From: Takakia lepidozioides
Taxonomy: Eukaryota > Plantae > Bryophyta
Assembly (NCBI GenBank): GCA_030704615.1
Contig: CM060733.1
Location: forward strand, 49,228,001 to 49,292,000
DNA: 64,000 bases
Direction of reading: 5' to 3'
The number at the start of each line of letters is the position of its first letter. Within the stretch, counting starts at the first letter, position 1. The position numbers and the translations under genes were made by a program. Positions 47,825 through 60,945 of the stretch are shown piece by piece. The notes below the pieces were generated by a model, which did no database searches, was not told the origin of the DNA, and saw only the letters and a list, made by a program, of their open reading frames with translations.

Positions 47825-48265
47825 CATTTCTGGAAAAATGGCACCGAATTTCTCTTTTTGGGGCCGAAAACTGGCTAAGTCCCAACATGCACTGGTACCT
47901 GTGTCTGGGAAAATGGTGCCGAATTTCTCTTTTTTGGGCCGAAAACTGGCTAAGTCCCAACATGCACTGGTACCGTGTCTGGAAAAATGGCGCCGAATTT
48001 CTCTTTTTTGGGCCGAAAACTGGCTAAGTCCCAACATGCACTGGTACCGTGTCTGGAAAAATGGCGCCGAATTTCCCTATTTTGCGCCGAAAACTGGCTA
48101 AGTCCGAACATGCACTGGAAAAATGGCGCCGAATTACCTGTCATGAGGGGACCTATAGCCGCGGAATTCGGCACCGCTTTTCGCCTGAGAGACCTATTAC
48201 CGCGAAATACGTCGTCGTTTTTTCAGGTTACGGACCCTATTACCGCGAAATTCGGCGCCATATTT
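47825..48265. repeat. Subterminal ~74-bp tandem repeats with the GGCGCC motif
   Basis: CTGGAAAAATGGCGCCGAATTT..GGCCGAAAACTGGCTAAGTCCCAACATGCACTGG about 4.5 times. Confidence 0.9.
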
Positions 48266-48454
48266 GCACATGTCGCTGGGAATTGGCATGAGCGGAAGAC
48301 GAAATATCATGAGCACAACTATCAAAACTACAATTTTCCCTTCAAGGGGCCGAATAATATATTTGTTTTTCCTGACACATGGCATTAAATTAATGTTTTT
48401 AATTGTTTTTTATTTTCGAAATTTGTACTTCTGCTCATGAAAACCGATTGTCTT

Positions 48455-48507
48455 ACTACTCCGCTCATGCCGCTCATGCCGCTCATGCTCATGAAATAGC
48501 TAATCTC
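48455..48507. repeat. Terminal inverted repeat of MULE copy B (transposase end)
   Basis: (CCGCTCATG)n...GAAATAGCTAATCTC; counterpart of 9932-9989. Confidence 0.75.
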
Positions 48508-48588
48508 CACGGCAGGTGTGGACTGGGGCGGATTCCACGGGAAAAAATGTGAAAAAAACCGTGGAAAAAACCGTTTTTTCTTCTAGTG
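48508..48588 (+). mobile_element. Last 81 bp of a CACTA element (ends TTCTAGTG)
   Basis: Close reverse-complement match to 60946-61026 (CACTAGAAGAAAAAA...). Confidence 0.9.
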
Positions 48589-48779
48589 GATGGAGTGCCA
48601 GAGCAGACTGATGGTGGACTGAAGAGCAATGGTGATCGTGGTGCAGCGAGTGCCTTACGTTTTGAGCACGAGGCATCCAGGGCTTTATATGTAGGGAGTT
48701 CTTCCTCTTGATTGTCTGCTACCTTACTGCTGTTAAATGCTTGTCAAACCCATGGTGTGTCAAACCCATGGTGTGTCAA

Positions 48780-51016
48780 ACCCATGGTGTGTCAAACACC
48801 TTTGTCGATGAACTCCATACATTGTTAGGAAGACAACTGTTGCCAGCAGACAATTGCCTGCCAAAGTCCCACTATGAGGCAAAACAACTCATAATGGAAC
48901 TTGGGCTTCATTACGAGAGTATACATGCATGTCCGAAAGACTGTGTGTTGTTCAGAAGGGAGCTTCAGAATTTGGAGGTTTGTCCAAAATGTCAGGCACG
49001 TCGTTATGTGGTGGGTACGAAGACACCAGTACCTCGTAAGGTCCTTCGACATTTCCCTATCATTCCAAGGCTGCTTCGAATGTATAAAGCCAAATCCATC
49101 TCAGAGTTAATGTCATGGCACTTTAAGAATCGAAGTGAGGATGGCTTGGTTAGGGACCCAGCAGACAGCAAGGCTTGAGCCCACATTGACCAAAAATGGC
49201 TTGAGTTTGCAGCGGACCCCAGAAATCTGTGATTGGGTCTCGCATGGGATGGTGTCAATCCTTACATTGATAAATCAAACAAATGGTCAACTTGGCCTGT
49301 CATGTTGGTAAACTATAATCTTCCACCCTGGCTGTGTACTAAGCCATTTTTCACGATGTTGGCTTTATTGATTCCTGGACCACAATCTGTGGGAAATGAC
49401 AATGCAGATGTTTATCTGCAGCCCCTTGTGGATGAGCTGAAATTGTTGTGGGAAGTTGGTGTGGAGGCATTGGATGGAAGTAGCCTAGTGGGGCAACAGT
49501 CATTTCGCATGAGGGCCATCTTGATGTGGTCAATCCACGACTTTCCAGCTTATGGGTTGCTAGCAGGATGCGCACACGGGGATACAAGGTCTGCCTAGCT
49601 TGCGGCCCTAATGTTGATTCCAGGTACTCCAAGGCATGCAAAAAAGTTTTGTATCTTGGTCATAGGAGATACTTGCCTGCTGTTCATCCCTATAGGAATA
49701 ATTCGTCCCACTTTAATGGACATGTGGAACATAGAGCAGCTCCTATGGTGGTCACTGCAAGTGAGCAATTTGACCGGGCTACAACCAAAGAGTTGTATCT
49801 CGCAATGGGAGGGGCTGAGGGGGGAAAACAGGACCCTTCAAAGGAACATGGCATGAAACGGGTCACTGTTTTGAACCAATTGCCATACTGGAAAGACTTA
49901 CTCATCCGATACACACTGGATGTGATGCATTGTGAAAAAAAATTGTGTGAGAATGTGCTGAGAACCATTCTTGGGGAGAAGGACACAGCCACATCTAGGA
50001 AGGATATGGAACTCAATGTCATTCGTGAACACTTGTGGTTGAGACCCCATCCCTCTCACCCGAACAAGTTGGTGAAGCCTTTGGCCCCATATGTTCTTAC
50101 TGAAGATGAGAAGGTGTTGTTTTTGGAAACATTGGTTGCAGTAAAGGCCCCCACAGGTTATGCTGCCACATTCCAGAAACATGTGGCTGACAATAAACTG
50201 TCTACAATGAAAACCCATGACTACCATGTAATGATGCAGCAGATTTTACCTCTTTGCATTCGAGGGGTATTGGGAAAGGGTCCACGGATGGCAATTATGA
50301 GGCTTTCTCGAGTCTTCCGAAAAGTGTATGCAAAGATCATTAATCCAGCTGAGCTACCGGCCTTAAAAGAAGATGTTCACTATGAGTCTGCTGGGACTGG
50401 CGCCAGAGACAGGGTGACATTTGATTCTGGAGTTGCTCAAGTATTCCATCAGGAAAGCGAAAACAGAGCAGGTATGTCCAAACGAGTGTTATCCCAATTG
50501 GAATATGTGGGTGTTGTAAGAGAAATAATTCAACTGGATTACGGAATTCTTCACCCAATTTTGTTCTTGTGTAGATGGGTGAGGTCACACATGGTGGGCC
50601 GGAATGCCACCATGAAACGAGATGATTATGGCTTTCTCTTGGTTGACTTCAGTCGCATGTTACCTCGGATGGAGCAGCCCTGGACATTCCCTAGTCAGGT
50701 GGAGCAAGTTTTTTTCTCGGATGAAAAAAGTTCACGAGGGAACTGGAAGGTGGTCCTTCACAAGGACCCTCGATCCCGACGAGTGGTTCACGATATTACA
50801 GAAGTGGCACTGGGTGAGGGAGACACTTATGTAGGCATGGTGCCTCCTGAAATTCCTCATAACATCATGACTGAGCTTGCTGTTTGTGTTCCTTTGAGTG
50901 AGGCAGATGAATTGGCCATTGCCAACTTGAATGCACTTGCAAGGCAGAGGCGAAATGGTAGAAGGCGGAGGCAAGCTCCACATGGGAGGTACCAGGCCAG
51001 TTGTGCTATGGTCTAG
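48780..51016 (+). pseudogene. CACTA Tnp2/TnpD transposase (Transposase_21 plus DUF4216-like), with stops and an internal deletion
   Basis: IHACPKDCVLF, VLRHFPIIPRL, LAWDGVNPY, STWPV..YNLPPW, DVYLQPLVDEL, IHDFPAYG, LDVMHCEK, MKTHDYH, FPSQVEQVFF. Confidence 0.93.
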
Positions 51017-51814
51017 AGTTGGTTTCTTCTATTGCATGTATTTTTCCAGGGTTTAGACTTGATACAACATGGTACCTTGCATGGGTGGGAGTGACTGAGC
51101 TGTTGGGGTGGGCAGAATTCTGACAAACACACTTTCATTTGTGACAGTGAACCCTAAACAGTCATGGAGTTGTGGCCTGCATACTTTTCTGACCCTAGTC
51201 AATGGTGGCCCAATTGTGGCAAAAAGGTGAATGCATGTTGGATTATAGAGAGTAGCAGATACAATTGAGCATAGGAACTAGTGTGAGAAGTTGAGTTGGG
51301 TGTTTCCTAGAACAAATGTAGGCTGTTATTGTCAGTTGCTACCAGCAAGGCAAAAATGTATGCATGATTTGTGAGAGGCATGGATAGCTGAAGGAGTAGG
51401 GATAGAGTGTGGGTCCAGATTCATCCAAGAGGGCCACATTTCAAGCACAACATTGCCTATGATTCCTTGTGGAAGGATAGCTACAAGAAATCTGCATGGG
51501 TAGATGGTCAACTGGAAGCCGCAGCAGCAGCGGCACAATTGGTAAAATCAGGCGATAAGGGCACCTTCTTCAACACATTTCACCTTGTTTTTCCCCCTTG
51601 TCAGAATCGGCCCTAAATTTCCATGTTGAATTATGCAAGTTAGCTGGTTGAGTGAATCTTTGATAGATTGGAGTGACTTTGACATGATAGTGCCAATGTG
51701 ACAACAGGAAAGTATCCAAAAACAGGTACAAGAGATGAGGAGAAGGTGTGGAATGAATACTTTTCTGATCCAGTCAATGGTGGGACAACCGAGGCAAAAA
51801 GGTGAATGCCTGGC

Positions 51815-54605
51815 AGATTACCAGATGTCATTTTGAACACTGCCCTGGTGGAAATATATGCCAAATGTGGGTGCATCAAGGATGCCAAGGGAGTGTTCAA
51901 CACTATGGCTAAACGAGATGTGGTGTCATGGAGTGCGATGCTTGCAGGGGCATGGGATGGAGGCTTTGGAGACCTATGAGCAAATGATGGGGGAAGGGTG
52001 AAGCCCGACCACATAACATTTGTGTGTGTTGGCAGTGAGTGTGGGAGCCTGGCAGCCTTGGAAAAGGGCAAAGAGATCCATCGTGACAATTTGCAATTGT
52101 ACCAGATGTCATCCTGAACATGACTGCTCTGGTGGACACATGTATGCCAAATGTGGGAGCATTGAGGATGCGAAAGGAGTGTTCAACACTATGGCTGAAC
52201 AAGATTGTGGGTTTGCAGTGCGTGTGCAAGTCTGGCAGCCCTGCAAAAGGGCAAAGTGGTGCATGGTTGCATCACCAAAGCTGGAATTGTAATAGATGCG
52301 ATTCTAAACAATGCCCTCGTGGACATGTATGCCAAATATATGTGAGAGCATTGAGGATGCGGAGGGAGTGTTCAACACTATGGCTGAACAAGATGTGGTG
52401 TCGTGGAGCACGATGCTTGCAGGATGTGCACAACAGTGAAGTGGGATGGAGCCTTTGGAGACCTATCATGACCAAATGATGGGGGAAGGGATGAAGCCCG
52501 ACCACAACACATTTGTGTGCGTTTGCAGTGCGTGTGCAAGCCTGGCAGCTCTGGAAAAGGGAAGAGGTCCATGGTTTCATTGTCAAAGCTGGAATTATAC
52601 CTGATGTGATTCGAGACAATGCCCTCGTGGACATGTATGCCAAATGTTTCAGCATGAAGGGCAAGCCTGGCAGCTCTGGAAAAGGGAAGATCGGGTCCAT
52701 GGTTTCATTGTCAAAGCTGGAATTGTACCTGATGTGATTTTGGACAATGCCCTCGTGGACATGTATGCCAAATGTGTTAGCATGAAGGGCAAGCCTGCCA
52801 GCTCTGGAAAAGGGAAGATCAGGTCCGTGGTTTCATTGTCTAAGCTGGAATTGTACCTGATTGTGATTCTGGACAATGCCCTCGTGGACATGTATGCCAA
52901 ATGTGGGAGCATCAAGGGCAAGCCTGCCAGCTCTGGAAAAGGGAAGATCAGGTCTATGGTTTCATTGTCAAAGCTTGCATTGTACCTGATTGTGATTCTG
53001 GACAATGCCCTCGTGGACATGTATGCCAAACGTGGGAGCATCAATGGCAAGCCTGCCAGCTCTGGAAATGGTTCCGATCAGGTCCATGGTTTCATTGTCA
53101 AAGCTGGAATTGTACCTGATTGTGATTCTGGACAATGCCCTCGTGGACATGTATGCCAAATGTGGGAGCATCAAGGGCAAGCCTGCCAGATTTGGAAAAA
53201 GGAAGAGGTCCATGGTTTCATTGTCAAAGCTGGAATTATACCTGATGTGATTATGGACAATGCCCTCGTGGACATGTATGCCAAATGGGTCAGCATGAAG
53301 GGCAAGCCAGGCAACTCTGGAAAAGGGAAGATCGGGTCCATGGTTTCATTGTCAAAGCTGGAATTGTACCTGATGTGATTCTGAACAATGCCCTCGTGGA
53401 CATGTACGCCAAATGTGGGAGCATCAAGGGCAAGCCTGCCAGCTCTGGAAAAGGGAAGATCAGGTCTATGGTTTCATTGTCAAAGCTTGCATTGTACCTG
53501 ATTGTGATTCTGGACAATGCCCTCGTGGACATGTATGCCAAACGTGGGAGCATCAATGGCAAGCCTGCCAGCTCTAGAAATGGTTCCGATCAGGTCCATG
53601 GTTTCATTGTCAAAGCTGGAATTATACCTGATGTGATTCTGGACAATGCCCTCGTGGACATGTATGCCAAATGTGGGAGCATCAAGGGCAAGCCTGCCAG
53701 ATTTGGAAAAAGGAAGAGGTCCATGGTTTCATTGTCAAAGCTGGAATTATACCTGATGTGATTATGGACAATGCCCTCGTGGACATGTATGCCAAATGTG
53801 TCAGCATGAAGGGCAAGCCTGGCAGCTCTGGAAAAGGGAAGAGGTCCATGGTTTCATTGTCAAAGCTGGAATTGTACCTGATGTGATTCTGAACAATGCC
53901 CTCGTGGACATGTACGCCAAATGTGGGAGCATCAAGGGCAAGCCTGCCAGCTCTGGAAAATGGAAGATCAGGTCTATGGTTTCATTGTCAAAGCTTGCAT
54001 TGTACCTGATTGTGATTATGGACAGTGCCCTCGTGGACATGTATGCCAAACGTGGGAGCATCAATGGCAAGCCTGCCAGCTCTGGATAAGGTTCCAATCA
54101 GGTCCATGGTTTCATTGTCAAAGCTGGAATTGTACCTGATTGTGATTCTGGACAATGCCCTCGTGGACATGTATGCCAAATGTGGGAGCATCAAGGGCAA
54201 GCCTGGCAGCTCTAGAAAAGGGAAAAGGTCCATGGTTTCATTGTCAAAGCTGGAATTATACCTGATGTGATTATGGACAATGCCCTCGTGGACATGTATG
54301 CCAAATGTGTCAGCATGAAGGGCAAGCCTGGCAGCTCTGGAAAAGGGAAGAGGTCCATGGTTTCATTGTCAAAGCTGGAATTGTACCTGATGTGATTCTG
54401 AACAATGCCCTCGTGGACATGTACGCCAAATGTGGGAGCATCAAGGGCAAGCTTGCCAGCTCTGGAAAAGGGAAGATCGGGTCCATGGTTTCATTGTCGA
54501 AGCTGGAATTGTACCTGATTGTGATTCTGGACAGTGCCCTCGTGGACATGTATGCCAAATGTGGGAGCATCAAGGATGCGAAGGCAGTTTTCCAACACTA
54601 TGGCT
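51815..54605 (+). pseudogene. Degenerate PLS-class PPR sequence
   Basis: [39 protein letters not shown]; no long ORF. Confidence 0.85.
52540..54575 (+). repeat. PPR-derived tandem repeat, ~16 x 124-130 bp, with ~510-bp four-unit higher-order period
   Basis: GCCCTCGTGGACATGTA recurs at 52621, ~52749, ~52878 ... ~54536; the ATCAATGGCAAG variant recurs at ~53040, ~53552 and ~54060. Confidence 0.92.
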
Positions 54606-55929
54606 CTTGGAGTGATTTTGACATGTACCAGTAGAGGGGAGAAAGTGGGGCCCTCAGCAGACGAGTTGAAAAGCACTAGTTAAAAAACACTGGCGCTTGA
54701 TAGGGTGGGGCAAAATTCAGGCTGGGGCGATCATTGATATCCCGGACGCAGTGTAAAAAAGACGGTTGTGAGTGAAGTACACCCGTAAAAAAAAAACCCT
54801 ACTGTCTCAAAAAGGGAGCCCGTCACAAAGAGCAAGGCACTTTGTCCAAGCTTCTCGACATCAAGCAACAATGTGGACAGGGAGGGAGTCATTGGGAACA
54901 ATTTTTGTAAGGTGGTGAAGAAAGCTTTGTCTGAGGATCACTGGATATTTCTCTAGTACGGTTGGACTAGTAGAGATTGAAATTCGTGCTCAGCTCAGCT
55001 TCAGACTGTCTCATTGTGAGGGGCCTAGGGTTGTTGTGCACATGCGCCTACGCCCTCACCGCTGCGTGTCCCGAACTGCGTGTCAAGGTTGACTGGACAG
55101 AAATGGGATTGACATTTTTGGCGCTCACAAATCTCTGAGACGACATGTGGTAGTTTTATCTATAGCTTCTCAAAGCAATTGTTGTACATTGTTGATTATA
55201 GTGTGACATTCTCATAACGATATTGTCGTCAGCTGCATGAGCAGTGCATCTTTTTGGATTGCTGGTTTCCGAAGGGATTATATGTGACAGGACAGAGGGC
55301 AAATTATAGCCAATAGTTGCAGGCAGTGTTCAATATTGAAGAGAATTCTATGCCCTTTCGGTTCTGCCGATCTCCTTCTCATTTTACTTGAGGTTGTCTA
55401 TTTTGAGAGCTTTGATGTTTGGATGAAAATGCATTTTGGCATCAACTTAAATGGATGGCCTGCACTGGTGGGCATACAGATTCTAAACGAGCTGGCAAAG
55501 AAAAACTACAAGTCCCACAGCCCTCTACTTGCAAACCCCATAACCCTAATAACCTTTTTGAACTTTTAAATTCTCTAAACAAAAGTCTATGTGTTATGTC
55601 GTCCAAGGCATGTTGAATAGAGGTGGAAGTCATTTCATCCATCTATCTTCCACCTGGATGGTCAATGTGCCACGCCATATAGTTGCTCCAAATTCCTGTA
55701 GGACATCTCACACTAACCTCACACTCCATGACTCATTTCACACTCATGTCAAATGCCCCATATGCATTATCTTGGTCAACACCCGTTGACCGTATGGGTG
55801 TCATTCGAGTGTGAAATTTGTAACACCATACAATGGTCCAGATCACACCTTGCCTCCTCTCACATGGGTGTAAGAGGAGCTGTTCAAAGTGCCAGGTGTG
55901 AACTATGTGTGGTGTTGGAAAAACCGGTT

Positions 55930-56822
55930 TCTGTAGTAGTGCCCAATTATTGCACAGATTATCTTTCATTCTTGCTTGCTTGATGCATGCACGAGAACGC
56001 AAAGTAATGGGGGTGTTTGAGGCAGCCACAACTGCAGTTGAGGAGCAAGGCTTTTTACAAGGTAAAGGGGGATTGGAGGGGCAGCACCAGTCCAAGAGAC
56101 AAAAGAGGGACGCAATTGTAATGGCAGATCCACTTGCCACAATGAACCCTCACGACTATGTTTCCATAGCTCCTGCACAGGATGGGGTACAACAGCACAA
56201 TGAGCAGCTATTGATGGAAGCCCAAAGGGAGAAAGAAGTCACTTCAGTACTGCGGCCAACATAGCAAGCTGACCAAGTTGCGACCTTCTCTATGAAAACT
56301 CTGGCATGGTCGGAGATCCCATGGTACCAAAGATGCAGAGTCTGCCCAAGGAAATCCCTGTTGTGCAGGTTATGCCCAAACCTGTGGCGGAGGTTAAAGG
56401 GGTAAAGGGCAAGGGTACTGCAGCACATATGGAGGATGAGGTTGCTCAAGAAGAAGATCTTGTGGGATCCTGGCCTCATTGGTTTGTGAAACATCAAACT
56501 GTTGAGAATCAGGAAGAACATCAGCAGGTTTTCCATGAAGACCCACAGCAGGCCATGGTTATGAGTTCCATAAACCTATTGGGCACCTATTTCAAGACTC
56601 ATGTTCCTTCCACTCACTTGGCAACATTGCGGGAGGAGCTCAAGCAAGAGCTTGAGGCAAGGATTGTCACGGAGTGTGCAAACAAGGTGGATGTGGAGGC
56701 CAACCTTAAATTGCAGAAAGAGTTGGAGGACACTGAAGCTGCCCTACAGCTTGCGAATGAGAATTTAATTGAGGCGGGTCTTGAGCAGGAGAAGTTGCAT
56801 GAAGTGCATAAGCAGCAGCTAT
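55930..56822 (+). pseudogene. Old degraded remnant of the gypsy extra 3' ORF
   Basis: ERKVMGVFE..AVEEQG..KRQKR..ADPLA and DPQQAMVMSSI..ECANKVD..LIEAGL match 33870-34870. Confidence 0.85.
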
Positions 56823-56905
56823 CACTAGAAGAGAAACCGGCTTTTTCCACGGGTATGCTCACACCTGGCACATTCCACGGCTTTTATCACGGGTCTGTAG
56901 AGTGA
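56823..56905. mobile_element. CACTA terminus (extent of element unknown)
   Basis: CACTAGAAGAGAAACCGGCTTTTTCCACGG truncates the preceding ORF; matches the 60946 terminus. Confidence 0.8.
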
Positions 56906-58063
56906 GCCAGGGTGTGGGTCAAAATATGCCCTAACTGTGGGGTGTCTCACATGTGATCCACACCCGAGGCAAGAACGGTGTGAAAACAGCCATGAGCGTG
57001 GCGGGAGTTGGCTTAGTTTACATGGCATGTTACACACATGTGTGAAATGGGACCATAGAATTTCCACATTGTGGTGTATGGGGAGTTTGAGAATGATGCC
57101 CTAGGAAAATGATCATGACTTCATGTTCATGTTTAGAAATCTGCATGATGGGCTACTAGCAAGTGAAGAATCACCCCTGCTACACCTCATTTTCAATCTC
57201 TACATTATGAAGTCTATACTGCCCTTGGTGAAATGAGCATGGGGATTGCATTCAAAGGTACCGGTGGCCCCGTTCCGTTGCAACCTATGACACAACTAGG
57301 ACTAACAGGCATAGGCATGATTTACACTTTTTGCCACAAATCACTTGCATCATCCTTACGTTGAACTCCTTGTTTATGTGACATGCTTGGACTTTGTCAT
57401 CTCACACATCAAAGAAAAAATCAGAATATTTTGAAAAAATCCATAGAATTTTAACAAGAGACCAAAAAAGAAACCCAGGTCTAGGTGGGTAGCATGGTGA
57501 GTCTCTATACAAGGTGATTTATTTTAAATTGTAAGTGGTTTCAACAACTTCATTAGCAACTCCACAATTATATTTTAAATTCATGTAAATTGAAATATAT
57601 AAATTAATATTAGATAGAAATAGTTGTTTTAACTACTCATTTCATGACTAGGAACCTTACCCAATAAATAAATTAACCAGGGCCTTTGTACCTTGTTATA
57701 CGTTTTGCACCCTAACATATATATATATAGCTAAAAATACCTTCACATAATTACATGGACCATATAATTATTTTATATAATGTCAGGGTGCAAAATGTTC
57801 AAAAACTTCAAAAGTTGGCTCGAATTTAGGGCTGTTAGGTCGCGGTGTGCAGGGCTGGGACTTAGCGTTTTTTGGGGTCCGGTCTTCTTAATGCCAGTGA
57901 TAGCAGGAACTCGAGGACAATGTGGTGAGGGCACCTTCTTCTTCGACCTATTTAAGCCTGTTTTGCCCTCTCAACAGACTCAGCCTTGAATTTGCAGCAC
58001 GGAGCAGAGCTGACATAAATTTTACCCTTCATGATGGTGGGACAACAGCCATGAGTTTTCCAA

Positions 58064-58170
58064 GGATGCGAAGGGTGTGTTCGACAAAATTGTTGCCAAG
58101 ATGTGGTGTCGTGGAATGCAATGATCGCAGTGTGGTACGAAGGCTTTGGAGACATATGAGGAAATGATGC
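58064..58170 (+). pseudogene. Short PPR remnant
   Basis: DAKGVFDKI..DVVSWNAMIA..ALETYEEMM across frameshifts. Confidence 0.65.
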
Positions 58171-58192
58171 CGGACAGGTTTAGGGATGCCTC

Positions 58193-58285
58193 GGCGTGAG
58201 CGCAGCAGTGCTCACGCCACGTCAGCGGGCTCACTCCACGTCATCGAGCTTAAACGCCACGTCAACGCACGCCAAGTAAGAAGCA
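58193..58285. repeat. Putative terminus of subfamily-2 MULE (cargo end)
   Basis: GGCGTGAGC-N8-GCTCACGCC hairpin plus three CCACGTCA; resembles 15950-16083. Confidence 0.5.
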
Positions 58286-58699
58286 GAGTGTATTTCCGCG
58301 GAAGAACACCCTCAACCGCGGAAACAAGTTGGACGAAATAATAAAAGGACGTGGTCATCCCCACCTGAAAGCAACAGATGAATGTAGGATGGATGAATGT
58401 AGAGTGGATGAAAAATATATGGATGTGTGGGAACAATGCAAGCAGGTGGATGAATGTGGGATGGATGTTGAATAATGGAAAACATTCTAGAATGGAGGAT
58501 GCATGAATACACAGTAGATGAATGCACAATGGATATGACATGAGTGTGAGGGGTTTGTGGGATGGATTCATGAAGATTGACATTTGAATCCAAGTGGATT
58601 GTTTGTTTCATTTTCTTTTCTGCCGGAACAACTGCAATGAGGCAAGGGAATTCAATCATTTCCGAATAGGATATAAACAGAACATTAAAAATGCGTAGT

Positions 58700-60945
58700 T
58701 CAGTCTGACTCAGAGTCGGTACAATGTATCACTGCGTCCTCTGCATCCAAGTCCAAGAATTTAAGATCTCCGGATCTACGATGGCTACTCCTGCGATCGG
58801 GCAATAAGAAGTCAAGGGATAGAGCCTCGGCCATTTGAAGTGCCATTAGCAGCTTTGAAGTTTGTCTAAACAGCATGAATCATGGGGAAACAATGGAGGG
58901 CCCTATGACCGTGGCGGTGCGGGATCCGTCGATGGAGTGATCGCACGGTCTGAAGAGGCCACGGTGACGGGGTCCCATCATTCATGGACCAAAAGGTGCA
59001 GCGTGCAATCGTCGCCAGCATGGGGACGCTCGAAAGCACAGCTGCAGAGTTGGGAGAGAGATGGCAGCGATCTAGTGGAGGGGGTGGTGTGTCAGCAGCC
59101 ATGCTGGAGGTAAAATGGGCATCACCCACATTGTGAGAATCGGAGATGATGGCATAGACAGGAAGCACAAAAGTGGAAAGGGGACTGTTGAAAATAGTCT
59201 CGGCACAAATGGGGGTTTCTCCTGAAGATCCATCGCTGCCGTTCCTGCAAGTCACAGCATGATAAAAGTTATTACTGCAAATTTGATGTCTGCGAAATTG
59301 AACAAGCACCCAAACTGGAATGACAATTCCATGGCCGACTTACTCACATGAAAAGTTGTTGTCGATCTGCTTATTCTCGGTATCCACATCATTTCTGATT
59401 TGAATTTGTTCAGTCTGTGTGCCAGACGTAGAGCCAGATACAAGAGGGAGGAGGACACTCTTGAATAGTTCGGTGTCGCCCTCCATGCCAAAAAGACTTC
59501 TCCCGCCAACCTTGTAAGCACGGTAAGTCGCATCTGCCAAGACAAAAAGCCTTAAGAAGGTTGTAGAGGATGCAAAATCGGATGCAAACTGGTAGACCTC
59601 GAAAATGGGAACAGAATTGAACCAACGAACCTGTGGATAGTGTGAGGTCGACCACCCTTGCAGAATGGTGGCTGCATGACTCCAAGAGCGTCTGCATGAA
59701 CGTTGGGGTTCTCTCCCTTGCACCTCTCCACGGAAACCCATCTGGTCTTTTGGCTGTCTGACTGGAGTGCATGAAATTGTAGAGCATGTCATCCACATGC
59801 GGTTCATATGGGGGGTTGATGAAACACCCCTGGTCGGAAATTTCAAAGCTGTGAACGGAGGATGGTGTTTTGGAGGTGTGCATCCTCCTCAGGCAGATTG
59901 CCTCAAACATCTTTGTCTGGCAAAGATGCAAGGTAGGGGTGAGACATGGAAATATTAAAGAAAGTTTGGCACAGGAAGGAACAGAACATGGACTGCAAAT
60001 GAAAACTACAATGGAATGTATTTATGATCATCGGTGATGGTGGTAGAGCAAGCCAGCAGAAACAACTGAAAAGACATAGGGAAACAGTACAGAGGAGGGC
60101 GGTGCCATACCAGCTGTCCAGGGCAACCACCTTTCAGAAAGTACAGGATGTTCACACAATTCCATGTCCTCATAATTTCAAACCCAGACGATTTCAGGTA
60201 TGATGCCAGTCCCCTACGACTATCCTTGTCACATGACTGGAAGAGCAAAAGCGTTCCTGCATCTGAAAGGAAATTATTGCAGAACCCGAATATCCAACTC
60301 CAGTAGTTCTCATCGAATCTGTTCCAGGATGGAGTCTTTCCCTTTGGAGGAACGTCGGGGACAGGCTGGCCGTCTGGGATGTCAAGGATGACCATGTCAG
60401 CGGCAAAGGTTTTTTGAACACCGCATACGAATGAGGGACCAGTGCTCACCTGCATCATACAGGTCCAATTAAAAACAAACAAAAATGAGGGTCCCAACAA
60501 AAACCAGCATCTACATTGGCATTGACAATTTCGAAAGTCCCATGTGAAGAAAAAGATTCTTACCAGATTAAGAAATGAAATCATGTTATCCCAAGTTGGT
60601 GATGGCACCCCCGAGTAACTTTTTCTCCGAGTCTCTATCATCACCAGCCATCCCTCATTCACAGTCTTGATCTGCCCTACCAAGTCCGCACGGGAAGGGT
60701 GTGGCTTGGCATCGAAAATGCATTCAATTGTGCGGGTGTACCTCCCAGCTGTCTTATCTTTCTCTTTGTCCTTCTCTTTGTCCTTCTCCTTGTCCTTCTC
60801 TTTCTCATTTTCTTTCTCTTTCTCCTTCCCCTTCTCCTTCTCCTTCTCCTTCTCCTTGGACTTCTCTTTCTCCTTAGTCTTCCCAGGTGACTTGGCTACT
60901 ACCTTCGGAGCCTTTGTATCTTTCACCTTGCGACCCCCTTCTTGC
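58700..60945 (-). pseudogene. Diverged second ParB-MTase-family cargo gene (MTase half; 5' part cut off by a CACTA insertion)
   Basis: DMVILDIPDG (60369-60383), PSWNRFDENYW, FLSDAGTLLLF, PWRGARERTPTFMQTLLESCS..RVVDLTLST, RSLFGME; three intron positions shared with 3351-9769. Confidence 0.82.

Larger units (their letters stand above)
28325..48507. mobile_element. MULE-like transposon copy B (inverted relative to A; cargo arm deleted; split by a gypsy insertion)
   Basis: Inverted homology to 1-3570; transposase, subterminal repeats and TIR ending at 48507 inside a CACTA end. Confidence 0.85.

Noticed and set aside
1-48507. One giant element or segmental inverted duplication bounded by the A/B inverted homology
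   Set aside because: Each copy has its own terminus inserted in a different target and the spacer arrays differ, so two independent insertions fit better.
48745-48800. 3 x 16-bp repeat TGTCAAACCCATGGTG
   Set aside because: It is a simple local slippage duplication at the broken 5' edge of the Tnp2 remnant.
52272-54676. Functional PPR editing-factor gene
   Set aside because: There is no continuous ORF, the units hold only partial motifs, and no E/DYW domain is visible.
54640-55900. Short ORFs between the PPR satellite and the gypsy remnant
   Set aside because: I recognise no motifs or internal homology, so the region is left unannotated.
59806-59817. NPPY in the second MTase-like gene as the catalytic motif
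   Set aside because: It is not conserved in copy A (DAAV at the equivalent place) and does not follow the motif IV strand; DIPDG holds that position in both copies.
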